A DNA stretch of 64,000 bases, taken from positions 4,059,538-4,123,537 of the forward strand of contig OZ037772.1 in the NCBI GenBank assembly GCA_964035545.1, read 5' to 3'. Position 1 is the stretch's first letter. Each line of letters begins with the position of its first letter. This DNA is from Bugula neritina. Lineage: Eukaryota; Animalia; Bryozoa. The notes beneath the pieces are model-generated. The model saw only the letters and a program-made list of their open reading frames with translations, was not told the origin of the DNA and did not search any database. The translations under genes were made by a program, and so were the position numbers. Of this stretch, positions 22,264 to 35,028 are shown piece by piece.

Positions 22264-25200
22264 AGGAGTATGGTGGGACACGCCGTCGTCTGTCCGTACG
22301 GACACGACGGAACACTCCACCCGAGTGGCAGGTACCACGCAGGACTAGTAGGCCCGTACAACGGCCGAGTACCTTCTCCCTGCCACTCGCTAACCGGTTC
22401 CACCGGTTACCTCGGGAAGAGGGGCCCGCCACTGAAATGGAGCCAGAAGGCCCAGTGGAGAGCCCCAAACCCCGCCGGCACCAACCTCGCCGCCGGAAGC
22501 CCCGTAAACCACGGGTGAAACCCCTGCCGTCCTGTCAATCCAGGACAGCACATGCGGGGGGGGGGTGAAAGTACAACCACATGGAGAGAGCTATTTCCTA
22601 CCCGGAAAGGTGGCCGGCAACGCCGTCACTTTCCTGCTCGACTCCGGTTGTACTACCAACCTTCTCAGTCGTAGAGTCTTTGAGGCACTGCCCCGCCGGG
22701 ACAGGGATAGAGTACGACCGTATACTGGGGAACATGGCACCCTGGCAGACGGGTCATGTATTCCCTTTTATGGTATTATCGAGCTCCCTGGGAGTGTCAG
22801 AGACCAGGCTGTACAGGAGACCTTTCTCATAGGCCAACTGGAGGAAGATGCTATCCTCGGAATGCCCTTCTTGAAGCAACACCAGTACCGAATAGACTTT
22901 AGCAAGTCGGTGGTGCTGATGGGCGGGCGAGAACTCGCCTGTGTGGATAAGTTTGGGCGTCCTCTGGTGGGCGGTGTTCAGGTAGTTCGAAACTGCACCG
23001 TGCCCGGACACTCCAGAGCTACTATCCACTGCCGAGTGAACAGCAACCGGATAGCCAGGCTCGGGGTCGTTGAAGGCGCGCACGAAAGGATCCAACTCGC
23101 CAGTAGTTTAAACCGACTAACTGAGCGAGGGGAGGTCTTAGTGCAGTGTGTCAACCCTTTTACCGAGCCCATTGAGCTCCCAGCTGGATCAATGCTGGGC
23201 CGGTTCCACTCCGTCCAGGAAGAGGACGTGGGCCCGTCGCTGGGTGACGCGACGGAGGCACCCCCTCGACACCCTATTCAGGGACGAGGGGCAGTCCCCG
23301 CACATCTCCGGGAGTTATATGAAACAGCCTGTGGCGGCTGCGCGAGTAACAGAGAACGCCAAGTTATGGCTAAGTTACTACGCGACTACGGTGATGTGTT
23401 CAGCAGCGGAGAGCATGACGTGGGACTGACTGGAATTGTCAGACACGAAATACCGCTGACTGCAGGGACAGCTCCTGTCCGGCAGCCCACACGCAGGCTG
23501 GGGCCGGAGAAAGAGAAGGAGGTTAGCCGACAAGTACAGGATCTTCTGGACCGGGGACTGATAGAGCCCGCCCATAGTGCGTGGAGCTCGCCAGTCGTAC
23601 TGGTCCGGAAGAAAGACGGCAGTTGGCGGTTCTGTGTGGACTACCGCAAACTCAATAGCGTAACCATACAGGACGCCTACCCTCTACCTCGTATTGACGA
23701 GTCATTGGACGCCCTAGCCGGCAGCAAGTACTTCAGTACGTTAGACTTGCTAAGCGGCTATTGGCAAGTTCCTCTGAGTCCCGACGCCCAAGAGAAAGCG
23801 GCGTTTATCACACGGGACGGTTTGTGGAAGTGGAAGGTGCTGCCCTTCGGGTTAACCTCCGCCCCAGCCACCTTCCAGAGGCTGATGGAACAAGTCCTTA
23901 GCGGACTCCATTGGAAGACACTGCTGGTCTACCTCGATGATGTCATCGTAATCTCTCCAGACTTCGAGACACATGTCAGTCGTCTGCAGGAGGTTTTCGA
24001 GAGACTCCGAGGTGCCGGTCTTAAGCTCAAACCTTCCAAGTGCGCTCTATTGCAGCCGGAGGTCAAGTACCTGGGGCACGTTGTCGGTCGAAACGGCGTG
24101 GCAACGGATCCCGAAAAGGTACGGGCGGTAGAAGACTGGGTCACCCCCCAAGACTTGACCGGACTCCGGGCTTTCTTGGGGCTGGTAGGGTATTACAGGC
24201 AATACATACCGGACTTTGCGGGCATAGCCCAGCCGTTAAACCGGCTCACCGCAAAGGGAGTGACGTGGCAGTGGACCCCAGTCGAACAAGAAGCGTTCGA
24301 CCGCCTCAAGGGCTGCCTACTAACGGCGCCCATCTTGGCCTACCCAGACCCCACTCTGGAGTACATCCTCAACACGGACGCCAGTGACCAAAATGTTGGC
24401 GCTGTGCTGTCACAAGTGCAGGAAGGCCGAGAGGTAGTAGTAGCCTACTACAGCAAGTCTCTCTCACCCGCTGAACGAAATTACTGCACTACCCGCAAGG
24501 AGCTGCTGGCAGTAATCAAGTCAGTGAAGCACTTCAGACCATACCTACACGGCAGGAAGTTCCGGCTGCGTACGGATCATGCCTCGCTGATCTGGTTGTG
24601 CAAGAGAGCAGAGCCCTCTAGTCCGGTCGCCCGGTGGCTCGAAATCCTAGCTGAATTCTCATACCGGATCGAACATCGACCGGGCAAGAGACACAGCAAT
24701 GCGGATGGGTTGAGTCGCCGACCTGACGGGGGTTGCAAACAGTGTCTCAACATCGAGAGGAGGGATGGAGGTCCCCCGCGATGCGAGTTGGAGACGCTGG
24801 CTCACCACGGAGCACCGTTTGACTGGGACCAGGGTCAACTCAGGCAAGGAGTTGATGAGTCCCCGGAGGATGTGAAAAACCTCCGCGCCAACCCTGTACT
24901 GGCCGGTAATGTTCGCGAGCTGAGGAAGCTCCAAGAAGAGCTGCCTGGAGTCGTGGCAGACATATACCGGGCCAAAAGGGAAGGGCGACGACCCAGCGAG
25001 GAACGCATACGACAGGGATGCGCCGAGTTCCGGCTATACTGTCAGCGTTGGGACTCGCTGCGGATCGGGCAGGATGGGTTACTAACCATCTCCCTAGCTG
25101 CCAGCGGCAGACACCCGGAAAGGAAAAGGGTAGTCTGCCCCACGGCCATCCGCCGTGAGTTGATTTGGGATACTCACAAACAGGCCCACGCAGGGGTCAA

Positions 25201-26842
25201 GAGAGTGATATCCAAATTACGACTCCGGTGGTATTGGCCACAGATGGAGCGTGACGTCCGACTCAGAGTCAAACAGTGTGAGATCTGCCAGGCCAGTAAG
25301 CATAGCCGCCCCCCTGGTGAAGCAGGACGGCGGAGGCTGTATGCTGGTAGGCCCTGGCAAGTAGTCGCTGTAGACCTGGTCGGACCCATGCCCCTGACCC
25401 CCAGAGGCAATAATTGGATCCTAGTACTAACCGACCACTTTACTAGGTGGGCGGATGCTCTGGCTATCCCAGATGCATCAGCCCCAACAGTGGCCAGGGC
25501 ACTAGACCAACATGTATTCTGTTATTTTGGGCTCCCCGAACAGATACACTCTGATCAAGGCGCTCAATTCCAGTCTCAACTGATGAGCGACCTTTGCCAC
25601 CTCTGGGGGGTAAATCAGAGCAGGACCACCCCCTACCACCCTCAAGGTAACGGGGTGGTGGAGCGCAACAACCGGATGCTAGGTGATGCACTCCGGAGTC
25701 TCCTCCTTGGACGAGGTCAAGAGGAATGGGATACGGTGTTGCCGCAAGTCATGCGTGCATACCGTAGCACCCCACACACCAGTACTGGCGAGACCCCAAA
25801 CCTCTTGATGCTCGGGAGAGAGACTCGTGTCCCTGACCATCTCACCTATCACGTTCCAGAGCAAGACAACTCGGTTCACGAGTATGCCAGTGAACTAGTG
25901 GAGCGGATGAAGGCCGCACACGATATACTGCGCGAACAGCAGTGGAAGGTGCGGCACGAAGATTCCGATGAACCACCTCTCTACCAAACAGGAGATAAGG
26001 TATGGATGGTCAATTACCGTAGGCGTCGCGGACAGGCTGAAAAAATGAAGCCTAAGTTCGTAGGACCCTACGTGATCGTCGAGGCTATGCCCAATCATAC
26101 GTACAAGATTGAGCGCTCAGGACAGGTGTCTATCCAGAATGAGTCTCGCTTGAAACCGTATTGGGCTAGCCCCGACGGAGTGGGAGAAGCCCCCCCCCCG
26201 TTGTTAAAGCCCAGGAGGCAGACAACAACGCGCGGGCGACGGCGGCATGGACCTGAATACGAAGGGGTCATACCGCGGGAAGAAAACTTGGTGAGAGAGG
26301 AGCGGCAGCTTTTGTCAACAGAAGCGTGTCCGCCACCGCCAAGTCTAATTCCATCACTTCCAGAAACCGAGCCGGTTCCGGAAGTGCAAACCCCCACGGA
26401 GGGAGGGGCTCCATCCGGAGAACAAGAAGAGGTGACCGCTAACGGTGAAGTAGAGACGCCATTAGAGGCCCCTACTAACGAACCGGCAAGCGTGTCACCC
26501 CCCCTAGAAAGGGGACAGCGTACGAGGAAACCCCCACCATATTTAAAAGACTTCGTATGTGACTGCATTAGAAGCGGCGCACATGAAAGTCTAGGGGAAA
26601 ACCGTACGATAAAATGTTGGAGTTGTGAACCCCACGCAAATATCAACTTTTGCGAGGGCGGAATAGTGGGAGGAATTAATGCGCGTAAAGCAAATAGTTC
26701 CGACCTCGTGCCTCAGAAACGATGCTCAGCCTTTTCTTATGCTGACATCGCCAAAGGCAGACGTATCTCACAACCAGCTCCAATCTTACCAAGAACGTTG
26801 AGTATGGACATTAATACCGAGTTCCCAGGTAAGCCAGTATAA
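22212..26842 (+). CDS. pol: Pol of element B; frame broken once at G10 run 22556-22565, otherwise open (22565-26842)
   Basis: FLLDSG, YLDD, integrase HHCC/DDE and GPY motifs. The RNase H first motif reads NTDAS (DTDAS in element A). Confidence 0.95.
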
Positions 26843-26859
26843 GTCTTGTATTCCTATTC

Positions 26860-27933
26860 ATGGAAACGGGCTCGATGCCAGTAAATTCTGAACTAATTCA
26901 GCAAATTGAATCAGAATTACGGGGAACCACGTTTCATGTGAATGACGATGAAGACACTGTAATGGCCGACGGTCTGTTAGACCTGGAGCTAGACACTGTT
27001 CTTGGTCAGTCCACACATGATTCATCGGTTCCTCGAGTGCATTCCAAAAGCTGTGACTCTCAGGCTAGCAACGGTCAACAGTCACTAGAATTATGTTGTA
27101 AAGATCCACCGCGATCTAACAATAATTCTACTTTTGTAGACACACTCGCGCCCGTCTCTCCGGGCATGCCTTCTCTAGAGATGGCGTGGGACCCAGAGCC
27201 GGCCCCAACAACTTCTACAACCAGGCAACTGCCACGCCAGTTGGAAGCAACCTCCAACTGGATTACCCCTGCCACAGAGAGAGAGATTAGGACTCATCAA
27301 GGAGGCGAGAGTAATCGCGAATGCAACCTCTGCCAGCAGCGATTTACAACCCACCGCAGACTGAAAGTACACTTGCCGCAACATTACATCACCACTTTCT
27401 GCCCTTGCGGAGAATATAGCTATAATCGTGATTACCTACTGCGTCACCAACGTACTATGCAGTGTTATCAAGGACACGTCTATGAAGTAGACGAATCATC
27501 CTATCCTGCATTTCTCAACGCCATCAAACCACTCATCACTGACCCAGCTCGGCTATCTCGCCTGGAGCAAGGCTTCCCTTCCCCGCGACCCATCATCTCT
27601 GGAGCCGCAGATAAACCTATACAGTCTACTAACTCTCCACCTCACAGTCCTCTACGCATACCGCATACTTTTCCTCGTGTCGTACTACAGAGGGTAGACA
27701 CGAATGCGTATACACTCCCTCCTCCCCTTCCATCCTCAGAGCGGAAAAGACACAGACAGCCGACTTCCTCTCGCTCGTCCCCCTGGGCCCGCAACCTACG
27801 TGAAGTAGAAGCTAGGGCACACGAATTGGAGCAAGAAGTGTACAGACTGGCCCCGCGGGTGCAGGCTGCATCCAGTGAACTCAAATATTTACAGGAGTCT
27901 ATTAAACGCATGAAGCGTGCGGCCCGCAGTTAA
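26860..27933 (+). CDS. ORF3 of element B: zinc-finger/coiled-coil protein of unknown function (not env)
   Basis: Intact 357-aa ATG ORF 17 nt after the pol stop and inside the LTRs. Contains CNLC-x12-H-x3-H, CPC-x12-H-x5-C, PRVVL, RKRHR and a heptad-like C-terminus. No signal peptide or TM segment is visible. Confidence 0.85.
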   Translation: METGSMPVNSELIQQIESELRGTTFHVNDDEDTVMADGLLDLELDTVLGQSTHDSSVPRVHSKSCDSQASNGQQSLELCCKDPPRSNNNSTFVDTLAPVSPGMPSLEMAWDPEPAPTTSTTRQLPRQLEATSNWITPATEREIRTHQGGESNRECNLCQQRFTTHRRLKVHLPQHYITTFCPCGEYSYNRDYLLRHQRTMQCYQGHVYEVDESSYPAFLNAIKPLITDPARLSRLEQGFPSPRPIISGAADKPIQSTNSPPHSPLRIPHTFPRVVLQRVDTNAYTLPPPLPSSERKRHRQPTSSRSSPWARNLREVEARAHELEQEVYRLAPRVQAASSELKYLQESIKRMKRAARS

Positions 27934-28199
27934 CTTGAGTCGATCTCCAACTCCATACTACTCTTCCCCTACCTCTCTGTGGCATTCCCTACCGTTATGG
28001 TGGCACGTACTCTACATGTAGATAGGACCTTCTCTTACTTATTACATATTGTGCACGTTTTATATATACCTGTAAATTTTATCAGTTGTTTTTTTGTATA
28101 TACTTTTATACTGTTCTCTTCCCCCCCCCCACAACGAAGTATACGTTTTATGTGGATTTTATTTTTATCAGAAAGAGGGCTTTCTGCTGGAGGGGGCAG

Positions 28200-28504
28200 T
28201 GTGGTGGCTCGTGGAGCTACCAGCAACACAATACGCAAGGTTGCGTATTGACCCGGAACAATGTATTAGCCAATTAGCTAGGCTGTTTTATGAGTAATAG
28301 TAGCAGCTTCGCGCTACTAGCTCAGTTGAGGATAGTGCTGTAAATTAAATAGACGTGCGTATCATTACTGTTGTACATTAGATTTTACTATGTATTCTTG
28401 TATTAAAATATAACGATATCTACTCGACTTAACTCGGTGCAGTTTCTCTAGTGATAATAGACTCTCTTGGTGGCACATCAACCCTAAATCTGAAAACTAT
28501 AACA
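28200..28504 (+). repeat. 3' LTR of element B
   Basis: Near-identical to 21058-21363. Confidence 0.97.
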
Positions 28505-29297
28505 ATAGTAATAGTATTAGAGTAATACTAATACTAATAGTAATAGTAATAGTAATACTACCACTAGTAGTAGCAGTAGTGCTAGTAGTAGTAGGCTACA
28601 TGATGATGATCATTATGATTATGATTATGAAGATGGTTATTACTATAACTATTACGGTATGAGTATAACTATAACTGTATTAGTATTTGATTTGATTTTG
28701 CATTGCTAATTGAAGACCATGCGTTAAAATTAACTGTTTCTCTCTTTTCTAAGTTACATTTCAAGTTGCACACTAATAGACATATATGCTTTCAATTTTT
28801 TTGGTCTATCTTTAAGTTGTGAAACTTGACCAGTATGACTACGACTAACTGTAACTAGAGTAAAAAATTGGATGATAGAGAAGTTCCATACAGTTACACC
28901 TCCTTTGACTTGTGCTACCGTCGGTAGTGCTAAAAGAGTGGAGCCAAAGAAAAGCAAAATCACAGAATTCACAGCCTGCTGGTTTGAGATTTTTGTGGTC
29001 TAGAGATTGTACTGGGTTACAGAGATCTTTTTCCCGTCTGTGAATTTCTGATCCCTGCGGTTGTTTCTGACTGTGGGGAGTTGGAGGTGTTGAGGGAGTG
29101 GGCTCACTGGGTAGGCTATATTATTGTAATCATATTAACCAACTTGACAGTTTCCTAATTCATTGTCTAACTCTGTCTGTCTTAGTCTAGTAACACTATT
29201 TATTTATTTATTTACTTATTAATTTATTTATTTGACTAAATCTTGTCTGGCTTTGTCTAGTAACACTATTTATTTATTTACTTATTAATTTAATTAA

Positions 29298-32200
29298 ATT
29301 ACTAGTTTATATTACCAAGTTATATTACTAGTTTATATTACCAAGTTATATTACTAGTTTATGTTACCAAGTTATATTACCGGTTTATGTTACCAAGTTA
29401 TATTACCAGTTTATGTTACCAAGTTATATTACTAGTTTATATTATCAAGTTATATTACCAGTTAATGTTACCAAGTTATCTTACTAGTTTATATTACCAA
29501 GTTATATTACTAGTTTATGTTACCAAGTTATATTACTAGTTAATTTTTACCAAGTTATATTACTAGTTTTTGTTACCAAGTTATATTACTAGTTTATGTT
29601 ACCAAGTTATATTACTAGTTTATGTTACCAGTTTATATTACCAAGTTATATTACTAGTTTATATTACCAAGTTATATTACTAGTTTATGTTACCAAGTTA
29701 AATTACTAGTTTATGTTACCAAGTTATATTACTAGTTTATGTTACCAAGTTATATTCCAAGTTTATGTTACCAAGTTATATTACTAGTTTATGTTACCAA
29801 GTTATATTACTAGTTTATGTTACCAAGTTATATTACTAGTTTATATCACCAAGTTATATTACTAGTTTATGTTACCAAGTTATATTACTAGTTTATATTA
29901 CCAAGTTATATTACTAGTCTATATCACCAAGTTATATTACTAGTTTATATTACCAAGTTATATTACTAGTTTATATTACCAAGTAATATTACTAGTTTAT
30001 GTTACCAAGTTATATTACCGGTTTATGTTACCAAGTTGTATTACCAGTTTATGTTACCAAGTTATATTACTAGTTTATATTATCAAGTTATATTACCAGT
30101 TAATATTACCAAGTTATCTTACTAGTTTATATTACCAAGTTATATTACTAGTTTATGTTACCAAGTTATATTACTAGTTTATGTTACCAAGTTATATTAC
30201 TAGTTAATTTTTACCAAGTTATATTACTAGTTTTTGTTACCAAGTTATATTACTAGTTTATGTTACCAAGTTATATTACTAGTTTATGTTACCAGTTTAT
30301 ATTACCAAGTTATATTACTAGTTTATGTTACCAAGTTATATTACTAGTTTATTTTGTCAAGTTATATTACTAGTTTATATTACCAAGTTATATTACAAGT
30401 TTATGTTACCAAGTTATATTACTAGTTTATGTTACCAAGTTATATTACTAGTTTATGTTACCAAGTTATATTACTAGTTTATGTTACCAAGTTATATTAC
30501 TAGTTTATGTTACCAAGTTATATTACTAGTTTATGTTACGAAGTTATATTACTAGTTTATGTTCTCAAGTTATATTACTAGTTTTTGTTACCAAGTTATG
30601 TTACTAGTTTATGTTATTAAGTTATATTACTAGTTTACGTTACCAAGTTATCTTACTAGTTTATATTACCAAGTTATATTACTAGTTTATATTACCAAGT
30701 TATCTTACTAGTTTATATTACCAAGTTATATTACTAGTTTATGTTACCAAGTTATATTACCAGTTTATGTTACCAAGTTATATTACTAGTTTATATTATC
30801 AAGTTATATTACCAGTTAATATTACCAAGTTATCTTACTAGTTTATATTACCAAGTTATATTACTAGTTTATGTTACCAAGTTATATTACTAGTTTATAT
30901 CACCAAGTTATCTTACTAGTTTATGTTACCAAGTTATATTACTAGTTTATATTACCAAGTTATATTACTAATTTATATCACCAAGTTATATTACTAGTTT
31001 ATATTACCAAGTTATATTACTAGTTTATGTTACGAAGTTATAATATTACTAGTTTATGTTCTCAAGTTATATTACTAGTTTTTGTTACCAAGTTATATTA
31101 CTAGTTTATATTACCAAGTTATGTTACTAGTTTATGTTATTAAGTTATATTACTAGTTTATGTTACCAAGTTATATTACTAGTTTATATCACCAAGTTAT
31201 CTTACTAGTTTATATCACCAAGTTATATTACTAGTTTATATTACCAAGTTATATTACTAGTTTATATCACCAAGTTATATTACTAGTTTATATTACCAAG
31301 TTATATTACTAGTTTATGTTACGAAGTTATATTACTAGTTTATGTTCTCAAGTTATATTACTAGTTTTTGTTACCAAGTTATGTTACTAGTTTATGTTAC
31401 CAAGTTATCTTACTAGTTTATATTACCAAGTTATATTACTAGTTTATATTACCAAGTTATCTTACTAGTTTATATTACCAAGTTATATTACTAGTTTATG
31501 TTACCAAGTTATATTACCGGTTTATGTTACCAAGTTATATTACCAGTTTATGTTACCAAGTTATATTACTAGTTTATATTACCAAGTTATATTACTAGTT
31601 TATATTACCAAGTTATATTACTAGTTTATGTTACCAAGTTATATTACTAGTTTATGTTACCAAGTTATATTACCGGTTTATGTTACCAAGTTATATTACC
31701 AGTTTATGTTACCAAGTTATATTACTAGTTTATATTACCAAGTTATATTACTAGTTTATATTACCAAGTTATATTACTAGTTTATGTTACCAAGTTATAT
31801 TACTAGTTTATTTTGCCAAGTTATATTACTAGTTTATGTTACGAAGTTATATTACTAGTTTACGTTACCAAATTATATTACTAGTTTATTTTGCCAAGTT
31901 ATATTACTAGTTTATTTTGCCAAGTTATATTACTAGTTTATGTTACGAAGTTATATTACTAGTTTACGTTACCAAATTATATTACTAGTTTATTTTGCCA
32001 AGTTATATTACTAGTCTATATCACCAAGTTATATTACTAGTTTATATTACCAAGTTATATTACTAGTTTATATTACCAAGTAATATTACTAGTTTATGTT
32101 ACCAAGTTATATTACCGGTTTATGTTACCAAGTTGTATTACCAGTTTATGTTACCAAGTTATATTACTAGTTTATATTATCAAGTTATATTACCAGTTAA

Positions 32201-34040
32201 TATTACCAAGTTATCTTACTAGTTTATATTACCAAGTTATATTACTAGTTTATGTTACCAAGTTATATTACTAGTTTATGTTACCAAGTTATATTACTAG
32301 TTAATTTTTACCAAGTTATATTACTAGTTTTTGTTACCAAGTTATATTACTAGTTTATGTTACCAAGTTATATTACTAGTTTATGTTACCAGTTTATATT
32401 ACCAAGTTATATTACTAGTTTATGTTACCAAGTTATATTACTAGTTTATTTTGTCAAGTTATATTACTAGTTTATATTACCAAGTTATATTACAAGTTTA
32501 TGTTACCAAGTTATATTACTAGTTTATGTTACCAAGTTATATTACTAGTTTATGTTACCAAGTTATATTACTAGTTTATGTTACCAAGTTATATTACTAG
32601 TTTATGTTACCAAGTTATATTACTAGTTTATGTTACGAAGTTATATTACTAGTTTATGTTCTCAAGTTATATTACTAGTTTTTGTTACCAAGTTATGTTA
32701 CTAGTTTATGTTATTAAGTTATATTACTAGTTTACGTTACCAAGTTATCTTACTAGTTTATATTACCAAGTTATATTACTAGTTTATATTACCAAGTTAT
32801 CTTACTAGTTTATATTACCAAGTTATATTACTAGTTTATGTTACCAAGTTATATTACCAGTTTATGTTACCAAGTTATATTACTAGTTTATATTATCAAG
32901 TTATATTACCAGTTAATATTACCAAGTTATCTTACTAGTTTATATTACCAAGTTATATTACTAGTTTATGTTACCAAGTTATATTACTAGTTTATATCAC
33001 CAAGTTATCTTACTAGTTTATGTTACCAAGTTATATTACTAGTTTATATTACCAAGTTATATTACTAATTTATATCACCAAGTTATATTACTAGTTTATA
33101 TTACCAAGTTATATTACTAGTTTATGTTACGAAGTTATAATATTACTAGTTTATGTTCTCAAGTTATATTACTAGTTTTTGTTACCAAGTTATATTACTA
33201 GTTTATATTACCAAGTTATGTTACTAGTTTATGTTATTAAGTTATATTACTAGTTTATGTTACCAAGTTATATTACTAGTTTATATCACCAAGTTATCTT
33301 ACTAGTTTATATCACCAAGTTATATTACTAGTTTATATTACCAAGTTATATTACTAGTTTATATCACCAAGTTATATTACTAGTTTATATTACCAAGTTA
33401 TATTACTAGTTTATGTTACGAAGTTATATTACTAGTTTATGTTCTCAAGTTATATTACTAGTTTTTGTTACCAAGTTATGTTACTAGTTTATGTTACCAA
33501 GTTATCTTACTAGTTTATATTACCAAGTTATATTACTAGTTTATATTACCAAGTTATCTTACTAGTTTATATTACCAAGTTATATTACTAGTTTATGTTA
33601 CCAAGTTATATTACCGGTTTATGTTACCAAGTTATATTACCAGTTTATGTTACCAAGTTATATTACTAGTTTATATTACCAAGTTATATTACTAGTTTAT
33701 ATTACCAAGTTATATTACTAGTTTATGTTACCAAGTTATATTACTAGTTTATGTTACCAAGTTATATTACCGGTTTATGTTACCAAGTTATATTACCAGT
33801 TTATGTTACCAAGTTATATTACTAGTTTATATTACCAAGTTATATTACTAGTTTATATTACCAAGTTATATTACTAGTTTATGTTACCAAGTTATATTAC
33901 TAGTTTATTTTGCCAAGTTATATTACTAGTTTATGTTACGAAGTTATATTACTAGTTTACGTTACCAAATTATATTACTAGTTTATTTTGCCAAGTTATA
34001 TTACTAGTTTATATCACCAAGTTATCTTACTAGTTTATAC
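29298..34040. repeat. About 4.7-kb satellite with a ~26-bp dimeric unit (ttactagtttatg/ttaccaagttata) and a 2,097-bp higher-order duplication
   Basis: Direct inspection; diagnostic variants recur 2,097 bp apart. Confidence 0.97.
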
Positions 34041-35028
34041 TGCTAGTATTCAACAACTACCCTCCATCACATCTCAACTCTGACGCAACTAAGCTGACTA
34101 ATCATCCGAATAGTTTATAGTTTTTGTTGAATTCTTCAGACGCCGAGAACTGTGCGTATGGCTTCACCTGCGAGTGTGGTGCCTGTGTTGGGGTATGTGA
34201 CCTTGACAGAGACGGTTTGGAGAAAAGATGTTATCAGCAGGCCTCACCAGATGACAGAACAGTTGTCTAGGATCTTTATCACTCAGAACTAGTAGAATGT
34301 TCTTCAGGTTTGAATGCGAAATCTTTGTTTTAAACTCTATTGGAGTTTATAAGTGTTGCTTTCTGTTGTACTTATATCTGTGCTGGCCAGGATTTTTGAG
34401 TGATTTTTGTTATGTATTTACATAACAGAGTGTAAACTTGAAGCTGAATTTGCTTTATTTTCTACATATTTTGGTTTGCGATTTTTCAGTAGAAACGAGG
34501 CATCACACTTGGTGTGATTATCAGCATTTTTTGCAGGTGCTTCTATCCGTGTACTGACAACACAGCCTGTCCTAGTGATGGACAAATCTGTCACCATGGT
34601 GTCTGTAAAGAGGGCTGTCAGGTGACTAGTCGCTATGACTTACACTGCGAGTTATTGATGACTTTCATACTATGAGTTATGACTACCTACTATAATTTAT
34701 ACTGCGAGTCCAAGTAGCTGCTGTAACTTATACTGTGAGTCATGACTAACTGATATCACTTATACTGTGAGACAATTATCAAAAATAGCAAAGAAGTAGA
34801 GATATGTTGTGTATGTGAGATATGTGAGGTTATTTAGTGACTAGTTTGCTATTTATAGAATTTTGTTTCTATTAATAGACTGTACTAAAGATGAACAATG
34901 TGGATCTGAGTTTACTGAATGCATATCCAACATATGCTATCAGCTTTATCCTCTCAACAATCCAGATCTTTCTGATGCTGAGCAGGACAGACTCTTTGAT
35001 GATCCGCTGGATCTACAGAATGATGGTA

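Larger units (their letters stand above)
21058..28504 (+). mobile_element. Full-length Gypsy LTR retrotransposon, element B, with extra ORF3
   Basis: 306/305-bp TG...CA LTRs (3 substitutions plus 1 indel seen), TSD ATAG (21054-57 / 28505-08), PBS and PPT (ggagggggcag). Pol is highly similar to element A but the LTR is different. Confidence 0.98.

Noticed and set aside
26860-27933. ORF3 as an envelope gene
   Set aside because: No signal peptide, fusion peptide or transmembrane segment; nuclear-type motifs instead.
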